A DNA stretch of 64,000 nt from an uncultured Acidobacteriota bacterium (GCA_963800055.1 CAWCZP010000003.1:218824-282823), one strand, 5' to 3'. Numbered from the stretch's first letter, positions 41,296 through 54,700 are shown. The notes: generated by a model from the letters alone, not told the origin. Numbers and translations are program-made.

Positions 41296-41757
41296 ATGAG
41301 TAAAAAGCATAGAGATGCAGATTTGATTCTTAAGCTATACGATCTTCGGCGCGAGAAGACGATGCGTGATGCGCGCAACTGGTTTTTCACCTTCAATCCC
41401 CAGAGCCCGGCCGATTTTCTTGATGTATTGACGAGCGATAAGAGCGGTTACTATCGCATGGTCACTTCTTACTGGGAGATGGCCGCTTCGCTCGTGAATC
41501 ACGATGCGATCGATGCCGATATGTTCAACGACGCGAACGGCGAGCACATCTTCGTTTACGCGAAGCTGGAACCGTTTTTGCCGGCGTTGAGAGCAGAGAG
41601 TGGAAATCCGCAAATGTTCGAACACCTGGAGAAGGTCATCAAGAACATGCCGGATTGGGAGAAGAGGGTCGCCGGTGTAAGAGAACGCATCGGAAAGATC
41701 ATCGCGCTCTACCAGGAACGGGCCGCCGCGGCTCAGGCCGCCGCCTCTGGGGATTAG
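41296..41757 (+). CDS. conserved hypothetical protein
   Basis: 153-aa ORF preceded by AGGAG; no motif recognised. Confidence 0.5.
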   Translation: MSKKHRDADLILKLYDLRREKTMRDARNWFFTFNPQSPADFLDVLTSDKSGYYRMVTSYWEMAASLVNHDAIDADMFNDANGEHIFVYAKLEPFLPALRAESGNPQMFEHLEKVIKNMPDWEKRVAGVRERIGKIIALYQERAAAAQAAASGD

Positions 41758-41770
41758 CAAAATCTCTGAT

Positions 41771-41822
41771 GCCTTTGTGTCTCTGTGGTGAAAATTAACC
41801 ACCGAGGCACAGAGACACAGAG
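41771..41822. repeat. GTGTCTCTGTG-word hairpin
   Basis: GCCTTTGTGTCTCTGTGGTG ... CACCGAGGCACAGAGACACAGAG. Confidence 0.7.
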
Positions 41823-41832
41823 AAGAACTTGA

Positions 41833-42414
41833 ATGAAGGTTGTTAAAGCCGAGTTTCTCAAGAGCGCCTTCAAAGAGGACGACTGGCCACGCGATTCGCT
41901 CCCTGAGATCGCGTTCCTGGGACGCTCCAATGTTGGCAAATCGAGCCTGATCAATTCCGTGCTCTCGGTTCATGGCCTGGCGCGAACGTCTTCAACTCCC
42001 GGCAGAACTCAATCCTTGAACTTCTTTCAGATCAACGACAAGCTGCGTTTTGTTGATTTTCCGGGGTTTGGGTACGCTCGGGTACCGAAGCAAATAAAAT
42101 CGAGTTGGGCGGAGATGGCCACCAGTTATCTTGCAAAGCGGCGGCAGCTTGTGCTATCAATTCACATCGTAGATTCGCGCCACGAACCCACAAAACAGGA
42201 TTTGCAGCTTCACGAGTGGCTTGAAGAAAGTAGCAGGCCCCTTTTAACCGTTGCCACAAAATCCGATAAGCTTTCGAACAACGAGTTGAGGAAGAATTTG
42301 GAGCACATTGCACGCGTGCTCAACGACGACAGCGTAATGGCCTACTCGGCCAAAAGCGGCCGCGGTCGCGAAGAGCTTTGGCGTGCGATTAGGAACGCAA
42401 TTGAATCTGAGTGA
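41833..42414 (+). CDS. engB: ribosome-biogenesis GTPase YihA/YsxC (EngB)
   Basis: ..PEIAFLGRSNVGKSSLINS.. (G1), ..VDFPGFGYA.. (G3), ..TKSDK.. (G4). Confidence 0.9.
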   Translation: MKVVKAEFLKSAFKEDDWPRDSLPEIAFLGRSNVGKSSLINSVLSVHGLARTSSTPGRTQSLNFFQINDKLRFVDFPGFGYARVPKQIKSSWAEMATSYLAKRRQLVLSIHIVDSRHEPTKQDLQLHEWLEESSRPLLTVATKSDKLSNNELRKNLEHIARVLNDDSVMAYSAKSGRGREELWRAIRNAIESE

Positions 42415-42762
42415 TCGAGAGATTACATAGATTTGTAATACTGAGCGAGTATCCTAAAAACTAAGTCGGCAGTCCGAAAGTCTCATCAGCCCCCTTTTGG
42501 TCAATCTGAAATTTTGGGCCACGCGCGTGGAGTGGGTGGCATCAAAAGCGTTATAGATTTGCCGCGCGCGAAAAGTTGAGTTACATTGCACAACACCGTT
42601 TGAGGAGAATCTATTTTTTGCCCGCGAATGAAGTGGGAGACATTACGCGTGTACGCGTCCGTCGCTTCTACCACACAACCATTCACATCCATTGCCCTTA
42701 ATTAGTTGATAACCGCTGAAACTGCGTTAAGAAGTTAGAAAGTAGTCTTAGAGAAAACTGAT

Positions 42763-44148
42763 ATGTCACAACGAACACGTTCACGCGCTTCAAGCGCGAA
42801 CAACGACGCCAACGGAGACGACGGCGGCGCAACTGTCGCAACCGCCGAAGCTCCGGAACGAGATGCCAGGGAATCCCGCGACGGTAAGAACGAGGGCTTT
42901 CACAATCTGGCTGATCTCAAGGAGATGTCGATCTCCAAGCTCACGCAAATTGCCAAGAGCATGGACGTACCCGGCGCGACCGGTATGCGTAAGCAGGAGC
43001 TCATCTTCAAAGTATTGGCTGCCCAGACCGAGAAGAGCGGTCTCATCTTCTCCGAAGGTGTGCTGGAAACATTGCCGGATGGATTCGGCTTTCTCCGCGC
43101 GCCTGAGTACAACTATCTGCCGGGGCCTGACGACATCTACGTCTCGCCGTCGCAGATTCGGAAGTTTGACCTGCGCACCGGCGACACTGTTAGCGGCCAG
43201 ATTCGTCCGCCGAAGGAAGGCGAACGCTACTTCGCGCTGATCAAGGTTGAAGCGATCAACTTCGAATCGCCCGATCAGGCGCGAGAGAAGGTCTTCTTCG
43301 ACAATCTCACGCCGCTCTATCCGGAAGAGCAGTTGAAGATGGAAACCTTGTCGGAGAATCTCTCCGCGCGTGTCATCGATCTGGTAACACCGCTGGGCAA
43401 AGGGCAACGCGGCTTGATCGTCGCGCCGCCACGCACCGGTAAGACGATGTTGCTTCAGACGATCGCCAACTCCGTCACTCAGAACCATCCGGAAACGACT
43501 TTGATCGTGCTGCTGATCGACGAGCGACCTGAAGAAGTTACCGACATGCAGCGGTCGGTCAATGGCGAAGTGATTTCGTCAACGTTTGACGAACCGCCGA
43601 CACGTCACGTGCAAGTGGCCGACATGGTGATCGAGAAAGCGAAGCGACTCGTCGAGCACAAGCGCGACGTGGTGATCCTGCTCGACTCGATTACGCGTCT
43701 CGCACGTGCGCACAACGCTGTGGTGCCGCCGAGCGGCAAGATCCTGTCAGGTGGTATCGATTCAAACGCGTTGCAGCGTCCGAAGCGATTCTTCGGCGCG
43801 GCGCGCAACATTGAAGAAGGCGGATCGCTCACGATCATCGCCACCGCACTCATCGATACGGGATCGCGCATGGACGACGTGATCTTCGAAGAGTTCAAAG
43901 GTACCGGTAACTCGGAAATTCACCTCGATCGTCGCTTGAGCGACAAACGTCTGTTCCCTGCAATCGACTTGCAGCGCTCCGGCACACGCAAAGAAGAGCT
44001 GCTGATCAGCAAGGAAGATCTGAATCGCATCTGGGTGATGAGGCGCGTGTTGAATCCGCTCTCGCCTGTCGAGCAGATGGAAGTCGTGCTCGAACGACTC
44101 GAGAAGACGAAGTCGAACGCCGAATTTCTCGCATCAATGCAAAGCTAG
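42763..44148 (+). CDS. rho: transcription termination factor Rho (with about 45 aa of low-complexity N-terminal extension)
   Basis: ..[17 protein letters not shown].., ..GFGFLR.., ..RYFALIKVE.., Walker A ..[11 protein letters not shown].., ..SGGID.. Confidence 0.95.
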   Translation: MSQRTRSRASSANNDANGDDGGATVATAEAPERDARESRDGKNEGFHNLADLKEMSISKLTQIAKSMDVPGATGMRKQELIFKVLAAQTEKSGLIFSEGVLETLPDGFGFLRAPEYNYLPGPDDIYVSPSQIRKFDLRTGDTVSGQIRPPKEGERYFALIKVEAINFESPDQAREKVFFDNLTPLYPEEQLKMETLSENLSARVIDLVTPLGKGQRGLIVAPPRTGKTMLLQTIANSVTQNHPETTLIVLLIDERPEEVTDMQRSVNGEVISSTFDEPPTRHVQVADMVIEKAKRLVEHKRDVVILLDSITRLARAHNAVVPPSGKILSGGIDSNALQRPKRFFGAARNIEEGGSLTIIATALIDTGSRMDDVIFEEFKGTGNSEIHLDRRLSDKRLFPAIDLQRSGTRKEELLISKEDLNRIWVMRRVLNPLSPVEQMEVVLERLEKTKSNAEFLASMQS

Positions 44149-44157
44149 TCTGACGGT

Positions 44158-44207
44158 ACACAAAGAGCACAAAATGGTTTCATAATCATTTTGTGCTTTT
44201 TTGTGGC
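44158..44207. repeat. CACAAA-word hairpin after rho
   Basis: ACACAAAGAGCACAAAATG ... CATTTTGTGCTTTTTTGTGGC. Confidence 0.7.
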
Positions 44208-44222
44208 TAATCATTTTCATAA

Positions 44223-45642
44223 ATGCGCGTCGCTATCCTGACTTCTGAAGCTGTGCCTTTTGCCAAGACCGGCGGGCTTGCAGACGTTTCAGGCGCATTG
44301 CCAAAAGCTCTAGTGCAGCGAAGGCGTTGATGCGAAACTCGTCCTGCCGCTCTACGATCAGATCGATCGTTCGCTCTTGAATGGCGGCTCGGTTGAGAAC
44401 GTTCGCGTCGAGTGGCGCGGCCAGGTGCATCACGTTCGCTTCTGGTTTAGCGACGCCGCAGGCGCACCCGCTTACCTCCTCGAAGCGCCCGAGTTCTTCG
44501 CGCGCTCTTCCATCTACGGTCACAACGACGATCACATTCGTTTCGCATTTTTCTCGCGCGCCGCACTCGGATTACTCAAAGCCCTCGACTGGCAACCCGA
44601 CGTTGTTCACGGAAACGATTGGCCCTGCGGCTTCGCAATGGCTGAACTTCGCGCGCGTCGTCGTCATGAAGAGTTTTTTCAAAAGACGAAGAGTCTGTTT
44701 TCACTTCACAACGTCGGCTACCAGGGTCTTTTCAGTGCCGGTGATCTCTGGTGGCTTGGCTTTGGCGATCCTCCCGAGCGCGACGATTTCACGTTGGACC
44801 GTCACGCCTCTGCATTGAAGGCGGGAATTATCGCCGCCGACGCGCTCTCGACCGTGAGCCCGCGTTATGCGCGTGAGATCCAGACTCCTGATCAGGGCCA
44901 CGGGCTCGACTGGTTGCTCCGCGCGCGAAGCAATCGACTGGCCGGAATCACCAACGGCGTCGATTACGAAATCTGGAACCCTGAAACCGATCCGCACATC
45001 GCGGCAAATTTTTCAGCGGAAGATTTGTCTGGCAAACGTGAGTGCAAGATCGATCTGCTGCGGCGTTTCGGACTGCCGGAAGAAGCCGACCGACCGATCC
45101 TCGCGATCATTTCGCGGCTCGTCGGACAGAAGGGTTACGATCTGATTCGCCAGATCTCCGGATCGATCCTTGAAACAGGATCGTTTTTCATCGCACTCGG
45201 TGCGGGCGCGAAAGAGTATGAAGACTTTCTCCAGCGCTGGCACGATGCTGCGCCACATCGAGTCGGGATTTACAAGGGTTACGCCGGCGAGCCACTCGCG
45301 CACCAGATCGAGGCGGGCGCAGATATGTTTCTCATGCCGTCGCTTTATGAACCTTGCGGGTTGAATCAGATGTACAGTATGCGCTATGGCACCGTTCCGA
45401 TTGTGCGTGCCACGGGTGGTTTGGACGACACGGTCCAACCCTTCAATCCTTCGAACGGCACGGGAACAGGGTTCAAGTTTGGGCCGTACGACGGAGGCGC
45501 GTTGCTTGAAAAAATACGCGAAGCCCTTTACTTTTATCGACAGCCCGAACAGTGGCAAAAGATTCAGCACAACGGAATGTTAGTGGATAATTCCTGGGCG
45601 GCTGCTGCGAAGAAGTACATCGAGTTGTACCGGGAAATTTGA
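44223..45642 (+). CDS. glgA: glycogen synthase; one frameshift near 44321
   Basis: [30 protein letters not shown] (KTGGL motif), then after the shift ..[14 protein letters not shown].., ..HGNDW.., ..[23 protein letters not shown].. Confidence 0.9.
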
Positions 45643-45643
45643 T

Positions 45644-45782
45644 CATTGCCAATTGCCGATTGCCAATTCGGTCATTGCCGATTGCCAATTGCCAATTGCC
45701 AATTCGAGACTCCAAAGGTGACACGGATAATGACATCAAGATATTTTTCTTTAAATTGGCAATTGGCAATTGGCAATCGGCA

Positions 45783-45784
<2 letters not shown>
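45644..45784. repeat. inverted arrays of the heptamer RATTGCC (second locus)
   Basis: About 8.5 copies of (C/A/G)ATTGCC at 45644-45705 and about 4 copies of the complement GGCAATT at 45754-45784. The right array runs into the purA start codon. Confidence 0.85.
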
Positions 45785-47532
<1,748 letters not shown>

Positions 47533-47555
<23 letters not shown>

Positions 47556-47597
47556 CTTCCTTCTAACTCATTTGCGCTTTTTGTGCTTCTCTGTGGC
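47533..47597. repeat. CACAAA-word hairpin
   Basis: GCCACAAAAGGCACAAAC ... TTTGCGCTTTTTGTGCTTCTCTGTGGC. Confidence 0.7.
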
Positions 47598-47679
47598 TGG
47601 TTTTGGACAATCCCGCGCGCGTTCTGTAGAATGCCACTCGTTCCTCAAAGAGCACGCCTCGCGTGCTCTCTGCATGTAT

Positions 47680-47752
<73 letters not shown>

Positions 47753-47834
47753 AAACCTTATGAAGTGCCCGCTTCGGGCGCACATGTTTGATATTTCGAC
47801 TGAAAGGTAACGAGCAGAAGACTGTAAACTTTCG

Positions 47835-48311
47835 ATGTTGGGTATCGTGCTGCTAACTCTTACTCTGACTCAGGGCGTGACGCCTCCCATCGCGCACCGT
47901 GAAACTGTAAAGAAGTTCCTCAGTGAGAACCCGAGTTATGTTCAGATGACAGAATTCGATCCGGCGACACTGAAGGCAATGCGAGACGAGTGGGGGTTTG
48001 GTAAGAACTTCACGCCATATTACGCAACCGGGGACTTCAACGCGGATGGTCGAAAAGACTTTGCGACCATTCTCGCCTTCGATAAAGGTAAAGGCGCACT
48101 TGAACCTCATGTGCTGATCTTTAACGGCAACAACCAAGGTAGATTTCAACTTGCATACAACGGGCGAGAGGAACCTTCAGTTGGGTTGTTCATCGCGACT
48201 ATGCGTACTGGACCAAAACGGTTGTACGTCGGCATAGCAGAGAGCGACTCCGCAGGATGCTTTGAGCCCAACCGAAGGGGATACGTGGTGAAGCCGTGCG
48301 GAAGCAACTGA
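47835..48311 (+). CDS. hypothetical secreted protein (one FG-GAP/VCBS-like DFNADGRKDF motif)
   Basis: 158-aa ORF with a hydrophobic N-terminus. Confidence 0.4.
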   Translation: MLGIVLLTLTLTQGVTPPIAHRETVKKFLSENPSYVQMTEFDPATLKAMRDEWGFGKNFTPYYATGDFNADGRKDFATILAFDKGKGALEPHVLIFNGNNQGRFQLAYNGREEPSVGLFIATMRTGPKRLYVGIAESDSAGCFEPNRRGYVVKPCGSN

Positions 48312-48370
48312 ACTTGAATCCGCTGTTGTGGTATTTGTCTGCTACACGGCGGTCAGCTTACGACTTAGAT

Positions 48371-49219
48371 TTAAGAACTAGGGCAGTGAGGTTTGGTTTC
48401 CCTTTTAGTCTCTGTTCGGGAATCTTTTCGCGTCTGCGATAGCAGCCACGGTAACAGTTCGGTTTCTGAAAGCGCCCGTTCCTCAATCGAATGACCTGCG
48501 CCGGTATACTCGGTATAGCGAACTGTGGCACCCGCTGATTTCAATGCGCTGACGAGTTGTCGGGATTGCTCGACCGGAACTGACTGATCAGCATCTCCAT
48601 GGAATACCCAAATCGGAGTAGCTGCGATGAGCAGAGCTAGAGATCTGTATACATCGGGTGCCGTCAGGAACGGATGGGTTTGAACATCAAGTGCCACTTG
48701 CTGGTTTGTCGCTGACGGACTCTTCGCAATAACAGTACCGCTAATATCGACAAGCGCCGCGAATCTGTCAGGCCATCTGGACGCAAGACGAAGCACACCT
48801 TGACCTCCCATGGAATATCCGATCAGATAGACGCGATCTGCATCCCCATTGAACTCTCTCGCCGCGGCATCCAAACACGCGAGCACTTGCTCCTGCATCG
48901 TGGGGCTGGACCAGCGTGAGCTGGGATTCGCCTGCGGGAACACGACGATTGCAGGAACTCTGGCTCGGTCGCGCCGGATAACACTCGCTAAGCCCGTTTC
49001 GGTCTGCCGAAGCCCATCGACGCCACGCGCCGCATTATCGTGGAGAAACACGATCACCGGCCACTTTTGGCTGGGGTTAAAGTCCGCCGGTACGTACACC
49101 TGATAACGGTAAGCGGTGTTCCTGATTGTTACTTTCCGATCGATAAAACCCGTATCGGCGAGTGCCGCAGTCGGGAAGAGGAGAAGTAAGACTCCGACAA
49201 TGCGAATTGTCGTAGACAT
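48371..49219 (-). CDS. secreted alpha/beta hydrolase (esterase/carboxylesterase-like)
   Basis: Start at the internal ATG giving signal MSTTIRIVGVLLLLFPTAALA; nucleophile elbow GYSMGG; ..VFHGDADQSVP.. Confidence 0.7.
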   Translation of the reverse strand: MSTTIRIVGVLLLLFPTAALADTGFIDRKVTIRNTAYRYQVYVPADFNPSQKWPVIVFLHDNAARGVDGLRQTETGLASVIRRDRARVPAIVVFPQANPSSRWSSPTMQEQVLACLDAAAREFNGDADRVYLIGYSMGGQGVLRLASRWPDRFAALVDISGTVIAKSPSATNQQVALDVQTHPFLTAPDVYRSLALLIAATPIWVFHGDADQSVPVEQSRQLVSALKSAGATVRYTEYTGAGHSIEERALSETELLPWLLSQTRKDSRTETKRETKPHCPSS

Positions 49220-49229
49220 CGAGTCTATT

Positions 49230-50738
49230 TTACTTCGGGTACTTTGACATGTCCCACCACTTGAACCGCTTGGGTTTGCTCGTTGGCTTGTCTGTTTGCG
49301 TGGCAGGCTCGATTCGAGCGAGGGGTGGGTGACCGTGTTTTTGGTAGTACGGTGAGAAGTCTGCATCGACGCGCGCGATCATTTTACGCTCGAGCTCTTT
49401 AGTTCGAATTTTGTGTGGGTTTCCTGTTGAAACGATCTCGAGTGTCACTATGCCGCAGTCGGCGGATATTGCGTTGGCCGGGTAGGCGTAGATTCCCTCG
49501 AACGTCGCGCCTTGCGCGACTTTGGCAGGAAGGATGGGCTCGACTCCTCGGTCGCCGCAGAACAAGCGCATTTTGTCGAACCCGGACTTGGATTCACCAG
49601 AACGCGGAGTGGCGTGGATGAAGATAACGGGTTTGTCTGCACGTATGTATCCACCCCAATTTCTTAACTCGGCAAATGCTTTGCTGTCTTGCCCTGTGGT
49701 CGCGAGACGATGACGCACAGTGGGCGTCATTACCATCACGCTGAACTCGCCGACGTCGAAAGAGTAACGACGCATGTCAAAGTCCTTTGCGGTCGCAACT
49801 GTCTTGATTGCATCGAGCGGAAACGGATCAGTCGGATCGACTGGTAAAAACCTCGCCACCGGAACCGTCGTCCGTTTCATCATCTTTCTCGCGTCTTCGA
49901 TTAAAGGAAAGGCCTGCTCGATGCGCAGTATTCCGTAAACTTCGGCCCCCGAAACATCCGAATGCAGGTAAGTAGTAATCCCAACGGCTTCGCCGAGAGA
50001 ATTGAAGAGTGGACCACCAGAGTCACTTCGAGTGAAGTTAATGTCCGAAGTAATCGAACGCTTGTTGACCTTGACTGCGATTCCGGCTGTAAAGGTTTTC
50101 CTCTCAGGCAAAGGACTGCCTATCATCACGACTCTTTCGCCTTCGACAACTGAAGGCTCATTAAGCTCGGCCAGCGGCGCCACACTCGCATCTGGAAGCG
50201 CGTCGAGGTTGACCCAGAGCACTGCCACGTCGGCGTCCGGGTCCGACGCAAGTAGCTTCGCCGGTATCTTGCGCTTCCTGTCAAACTGCACCGCAATGTA
50301 TTCAGAAGGCCCAACTACATGCTGGCTGGTAAGTACGAGACCTGCGTCGTCGATAATGAAACCCGTGCCGTTACCAAACTCACTCCACACCGTCACGACC
50401 GATGCTTGAAGCTCTCGAAACGCCGCTGCGGTGAGTCGCCTTCCCTTGCGCGAAAGATGCGTGTTTGATCCGAGTGGATCACTCTCGATCATTGCGAGGA
50501 GAATCTCGTTCGGAACGCCTCGTTTGGGTAACCCAGCGAGAGCGGAGGGAGACGTATCAAACTCTGTCTCCGATTTTTTGATCCTCGTGAGAATTTGATC
50601 CGCAGACAGCCCCGCTTGCACCATCTTCACCACATCTTCATTGGTCAACGTCGGAATTGCTTGTTGAGCGATGGCGTGTTGAGCAGGAACAAACAGCAGA
50701 AGGCAAATGGTAAACAAACCGCACGTTTTCATGTTCAC
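49230..50738 (-). CDS. trypsin-like (S1/S1C) serine protease with N- and C-terminal extra domains
   Basis: ..GTGFIIDDAGLVLTSQHVV.. (His), ..DADVAVLWV.. (Asp), ..SDSGGPLFN.. (Ser); signal peptide. Confidence 0.75.
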   Translation of the reverse strand: MNMKTCGLFTICLLLFVPAQHAIAQQAIPTLTNEDVVKMVQAGLSADQILTRIKKSETEFDTSPSALAGLPKRGVPNEILLAMIESDPLGSNTHLSRKGRRLTAAAFRELQASVVTVWSEFGNGTGFIIDDAGLVLTSQHVVGPSEYIAVQFDRKRKIPAKLLASDPDADVAVLWVNLDALPDASVAPLAELNEPSVVEGERVVMIGSPLPERKTFTAGIAVKVNKRSITSDINFTRSDSGGPLFNSLGEAVGITTYLHSDVSGAEVYGILRIEQAFPLIEDARKMMKRTTVPVARFLPVDPTDPFPLDAIKTVATAKDFDMRRYSFDVGEFSVMVMTPTVRHRLATTGQDSKAFAELRNWGGYIRADKPVIFIHATPRSGESKSGFDKMRLFCGDRGVEPILPAKVAQGATFEGIYAYPANAISADCGIVTLEIVSTGNPHKIRTKELERKMIARVDADFSPYYQKHGHPPLARIEPATQTDKPTSKPKRFKWWDMSKYPK

Positions 50739-50890
50739 CCCCTTTTAGAAGAACTCCCAGGTACGGAGAGGGACAACTTCTACAACAAGAGGCGTGCCTC
50801 GTTGAAAGCGTCGCAAAATGTAGCTTTCAGGATTCGAGAGGTGCGCGCTGGCGAGCAGTTGTGACAAAAACGCACGCTTGATGAATCGCA

Positions 50891-51665
50891 CTAGGAAACT
50901 GCGGTTTGGCGGAAGGAGGCAGTTCTGTTGAAGCTGCGGACGTCGGTCCAGTAGCGTGGAGGGATTAATAGGGTATGGACCAGGGATTGGAGGGGCGCGC
51001 TGCCGATGAAGCCGTACGTTTGCGCCAGACCAGAGATGAACGGGTTTGAGTTTAGGCGGAGCAGCCGGCGCACCTCGTGCGGGACGAGTAGAGCTTGAAC
51101 TTCAGAAGCAAAAAATAGCGCCACGCTCCAGATGTCGGTATGCCTGGTAGAGCATGGATGTGTGTTTGCTGTAACTCAGATCGCGAACCAAATGCAGACG
51201 ACGATCACTTATGCCACTCAGCATAGTCTTCGGCAACTCTGGTATATACAACTTCGCCGATACGCAGGAAGACTTCAAACAAATCGTTCTTTTGACGTTG
51301 TGACAACGGTCTGTACAGCAGCGCGTAAGCACGCTCTGAATAGTCGATCAGCATGTAGAGAACGTCGCGATAGGCCCAGTCAGGAATGTTTGTCGTCGCT
51401 GGTGCTCGACTGATGCGTGTCGCGTTCGCTGTGCCGTCTGCTCGTCGACGAACACGATCTCCTGCGCGTAACGAACGGTGGAGAAGAGGCGGCCAATAGG
51501 ATCGCGTGGAATCTCGCCGGTAAAGAAAAGCCAATCGACGGCGCGGTTGAGTGCGAACTCAGCCGCCGAACCTGCGAAGATGAGAAGGACGAGATCCGGA
51601 TTTCCCCAGATTGTGCGAACGATTGAGCGACGGTCGACAAAATCGCGGATAGTATGGCTTTGCAC
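50891..51665 (-). pseudogene. MpaB/DUF2236-type oxygenase family gene split over at least 4 frames
   Basis: ..SIVRTIWGNPDLVLLIFAGSAAEFALNRAVDWLFFTGEIP.DPIGRLFSTVRYAQEIVF.. continues in the pieces 51205-51534, 51102-51332 and 50891-51124. Confidence 0.5.
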
Positions 51666-51677
51666 AAAACTGATTTA

Positions 51678-51735
51678 GCCACAAAAGGCACAAAAAGCTC
51701 AAAACTATCTGAAGCTTTTTGTGCCTCTTTGTGGC
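51678..51735. repeat. CACAAA-word hairpin (best-formed copy)
   Basis: GCCACAAAAGGCACAAAAAGCTC aaaactatct GAAGCTTTTTGTGCCTCTTTGTGGC. Confidence 0.85.
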
Positions 51736-51757
51736 AAAACGACTTTTTTGACGCCAA

Positions 51758-54700
51758 TCAGAACGTGAACCGCAGACCCAACTGCGCGGTCAGCGGGCGA
51801 CCGACTGGTGGACCAAAGCCTGGTCCATACAGCGACACCGGTTGCAAGAACGCTCCCGGCGCGGTCGCTGTACTTTGAGCCAAACGAGATGCAAGCGAGA
51901 GGTTCTCGACGTTGAACACGTTGTAGAGATCGATATAGGCTTGCAACCCGAGGCTCTCTCTAAACTTGAACTGCTTCGCGGCTCGCAAATCAACGTTGAA
52001 GAAGCGCCCGCCGCGTCTCCTGATCACTCCTTGCGGATCGACAAAGAATCCCGTGCGGAGTTCGTTCACGTCCGACTGAGTGCATCCTCGCGGATTCAGT
52101 GCCCTGATGGCCGTTGAATCTCCGCGAACCGCAAACACAGCCCCCGGATCGACGCCGGCACAGAGCCGATCATTGGTGGCAAGACCGTCGCCATCAATGT
52201 CGAGTCCTGTGTTCGCCGAAAACGGTCTGGAACTAGCGAGCTGCATGATCGGCGCCAGTTGGAACCCATACGGCAATTCGAACACACCGCTCATAACCAC
52301 TCGGTGCCGTTCATCCAAACGCGTTGAACCAAACTCTTCCGGCTTGAACTGGTTCTCCGGAGTCGTTGCGATACCGTTGCCACTGTACGAAGCGACAGGC
52401 TGACCACCCCACGATCTCGAACTGGCCAGTACGTAACTACCCGAGAACAGGTGTTTCCTCGTACGCCACTTGAGTGTAGTGGTCCAACTATCGAACAGCG
52501 AACGGTTGGTGGTTCCAATCATATTGATCTGCTCGATTCGATTTGCGGGGAGTCCCGCGTCCACAAATGCTCTGTCAAACACGCGGCTGTTAAGCCCGCG
52601 AACGCACAGCGGAGATGCAGGCGTCGAGCCCGGGTACAACGGGTTGCAGATATTTTCGATGCGCGGGTTGATTACCTGAACCCGCGGTTCATGCAGTCCG
52701 AGCGTGTGTACAAAGTCACTCGACAACGTCAGTTGATCTGTGAGTTGCTTTTCAACTCCGAGCGAAAACTTCTGCACGTAAGGCTCTGATGCATCCGGAT
52801 CGTTAATGCGACCGAATCCACCGACAGCCAGATTCGCGATCGAAAAACCTGGCGGCGGTGTCGGCAGCGGATCGACTCCGAAGCGGAAGGTCGGCAACTG
52901 GCCCAAGCCGACTTCGGTGTTCGTCAAACTAAGAATCGTCTGATAGAGCACCGGATTGGTTTGGGTCAACGAGAACAAGGTCAGGTTCTGGAACAGTTGA
53001 TCGTAGAAGATACCGTAGCCGCCACGAATCACTGTCCTTCCCCGTCCTGTCGGATCCCACGCGAACCCGAAGCGCGGCTGAAACTCTGTCCAGCTTGGCG
53101 TGGTTCGGCTGAGCCGCTCCGGATCGTCGGTGATTGCGTTTGCGAGCGGGTGGTTCAGCAACTGTAGCACTTGGATCGTTCGGTTATTCGTCTGGTCGGG
53201 CAGGTTGCCGATATTTGAATCCCAGCGAAAACCGAGATTGAGAGTTAGATTCCGAGTAACCTTGTAATCGTCCTGAACATAGAACGCCAGCTGGTGAATT
53301 TTTTGATCGTGAGTCCCTTCACCGTCCGAGAAACTGATGTTCTGAACTGCGCCAGGTGTGGCGAATCCCTGTGGATATCGACCGTTAGTGTTATTGGCGA
53401 TCGTTGTCGGCGAATCGAACCAGGCGATTGTGTAACCCTTCGAACCGAAGAAGAAGAACCCGCCTAATTCGGTGTTGATGTAGTTCGTGCCGAATTTGAT
53501 CCCGTGCTTTCCAGCCTGCCAGGAGAAGTCATCACGAAATTGAAACTTTCGCTCGGTCGTTGCTTGCGGCACGTTGGTGTTGGCGCCGATTGTTATACCA
53601 CCGGGGAATTGCAACTGCGGATTGGTCGTAACGGCGAGTATCGCGTTACTGAAATCCTGGAAGTGAAACGAGAATTGATTGAGTTTCGTTGCACTCAAGG
53701 TCCAGGTGTGATTAGCAACGAGGCTGTAGAGCTCGTTGTCATCTGTGTTGCCGCCGGTCAAATCCGTGGTTGCCGGATTGGCTACCTGATCGTTCGGAGA
53801 GTTGTTCTTCTGGTAAGCAAACCGATAGAACATGCTCTGTCGATCAGTCAGATTGTGATCGACCCTGCCGGTGAGCAACGTATCGTTGTAAGGAGTCGGA
53901 ATCTCAGAGACGAATTCCGAACCTGGAATCAGCGGAATCTGCACGGCCGCAGCCTGGCTCACGGAAACGTTTTGCCTCTCACGAAAACGTTCGAGAGCAA
54001 AGAAGAAGAAGAGATCATCTCGCGCGATTGGTCCACCGATCAATCCACCAATCTCCTGACGGCTAAAACTCGGTTTCTCGAACGCTGGATTAGCTGCTTG
54101 TCTTTGTTTCTCAAAGAAATCAAACGTTCTCAACTTCTCATCACGGAAGTTAGCGAAGAACGATCCATGAAAGTCGTTTGAGCCTGACTTGGTGATGACG
54201 TTGACAACGCCGCCGACTGCTCTTCCCTGCTCGGCGGTCCAACGATGTTGCAGCACTTGAAACTCCTGAATCGACTCGTACGAAAAATTCTGAAGCAGAC
54301 TGCCGACTACGTTGTCTTTGTTGTCGCCGCCGTCCACATTCACATCGACCTGGCGACCATCGCCGCCATTGAATGCAACGTTGCCGACGCGCGTCTTCGT
54401 CGGATCGAAATTACCGACTGGTCGCGCCTCGGGCATGATCACGGAGAGTGCAGCGAAGGTTCGATTGAGAAGCGGTAGATTCTGGACCTGAACCGGTGTG
54501 ACCACGCCGCCAAGATCGGAACGCGTCGTCTCGATCTGGAGCTGGTCAGAGGTGATGTTGACCACTTCAGTAATTTGTCCCGGTTTCAGATCGAAGTTAA
54601 GCGTGACGGTTGCGCCTACGTTAACCTCGCGACCTTTCACAACAGCCTTACTGAAGTTCGCTGCTTCGACTGTGATTTCGTAAGTGCCCGGCAGCAGTTC

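Noticed and set aside
42790-43488. Long antisense ORFs inside well-recognised genes: 42790-43488 inside rho, 38797-39621 inside lon, 2472-3332 inside the amidohydrolase, 53504-54181 inside the TonB-dependent receptor, 19597-20226 inside the M16 peptidase, 12622-13146 inside the yacL-like gene, and 45013-45570 inside glgA.
   Set aside because: They lie opposite genes with unambiguous conserved motifs. They have Arg/Ser/Leu-rich low-complexity translations typical of shadow frames in GC-rich DNA, and they lack RBSs.
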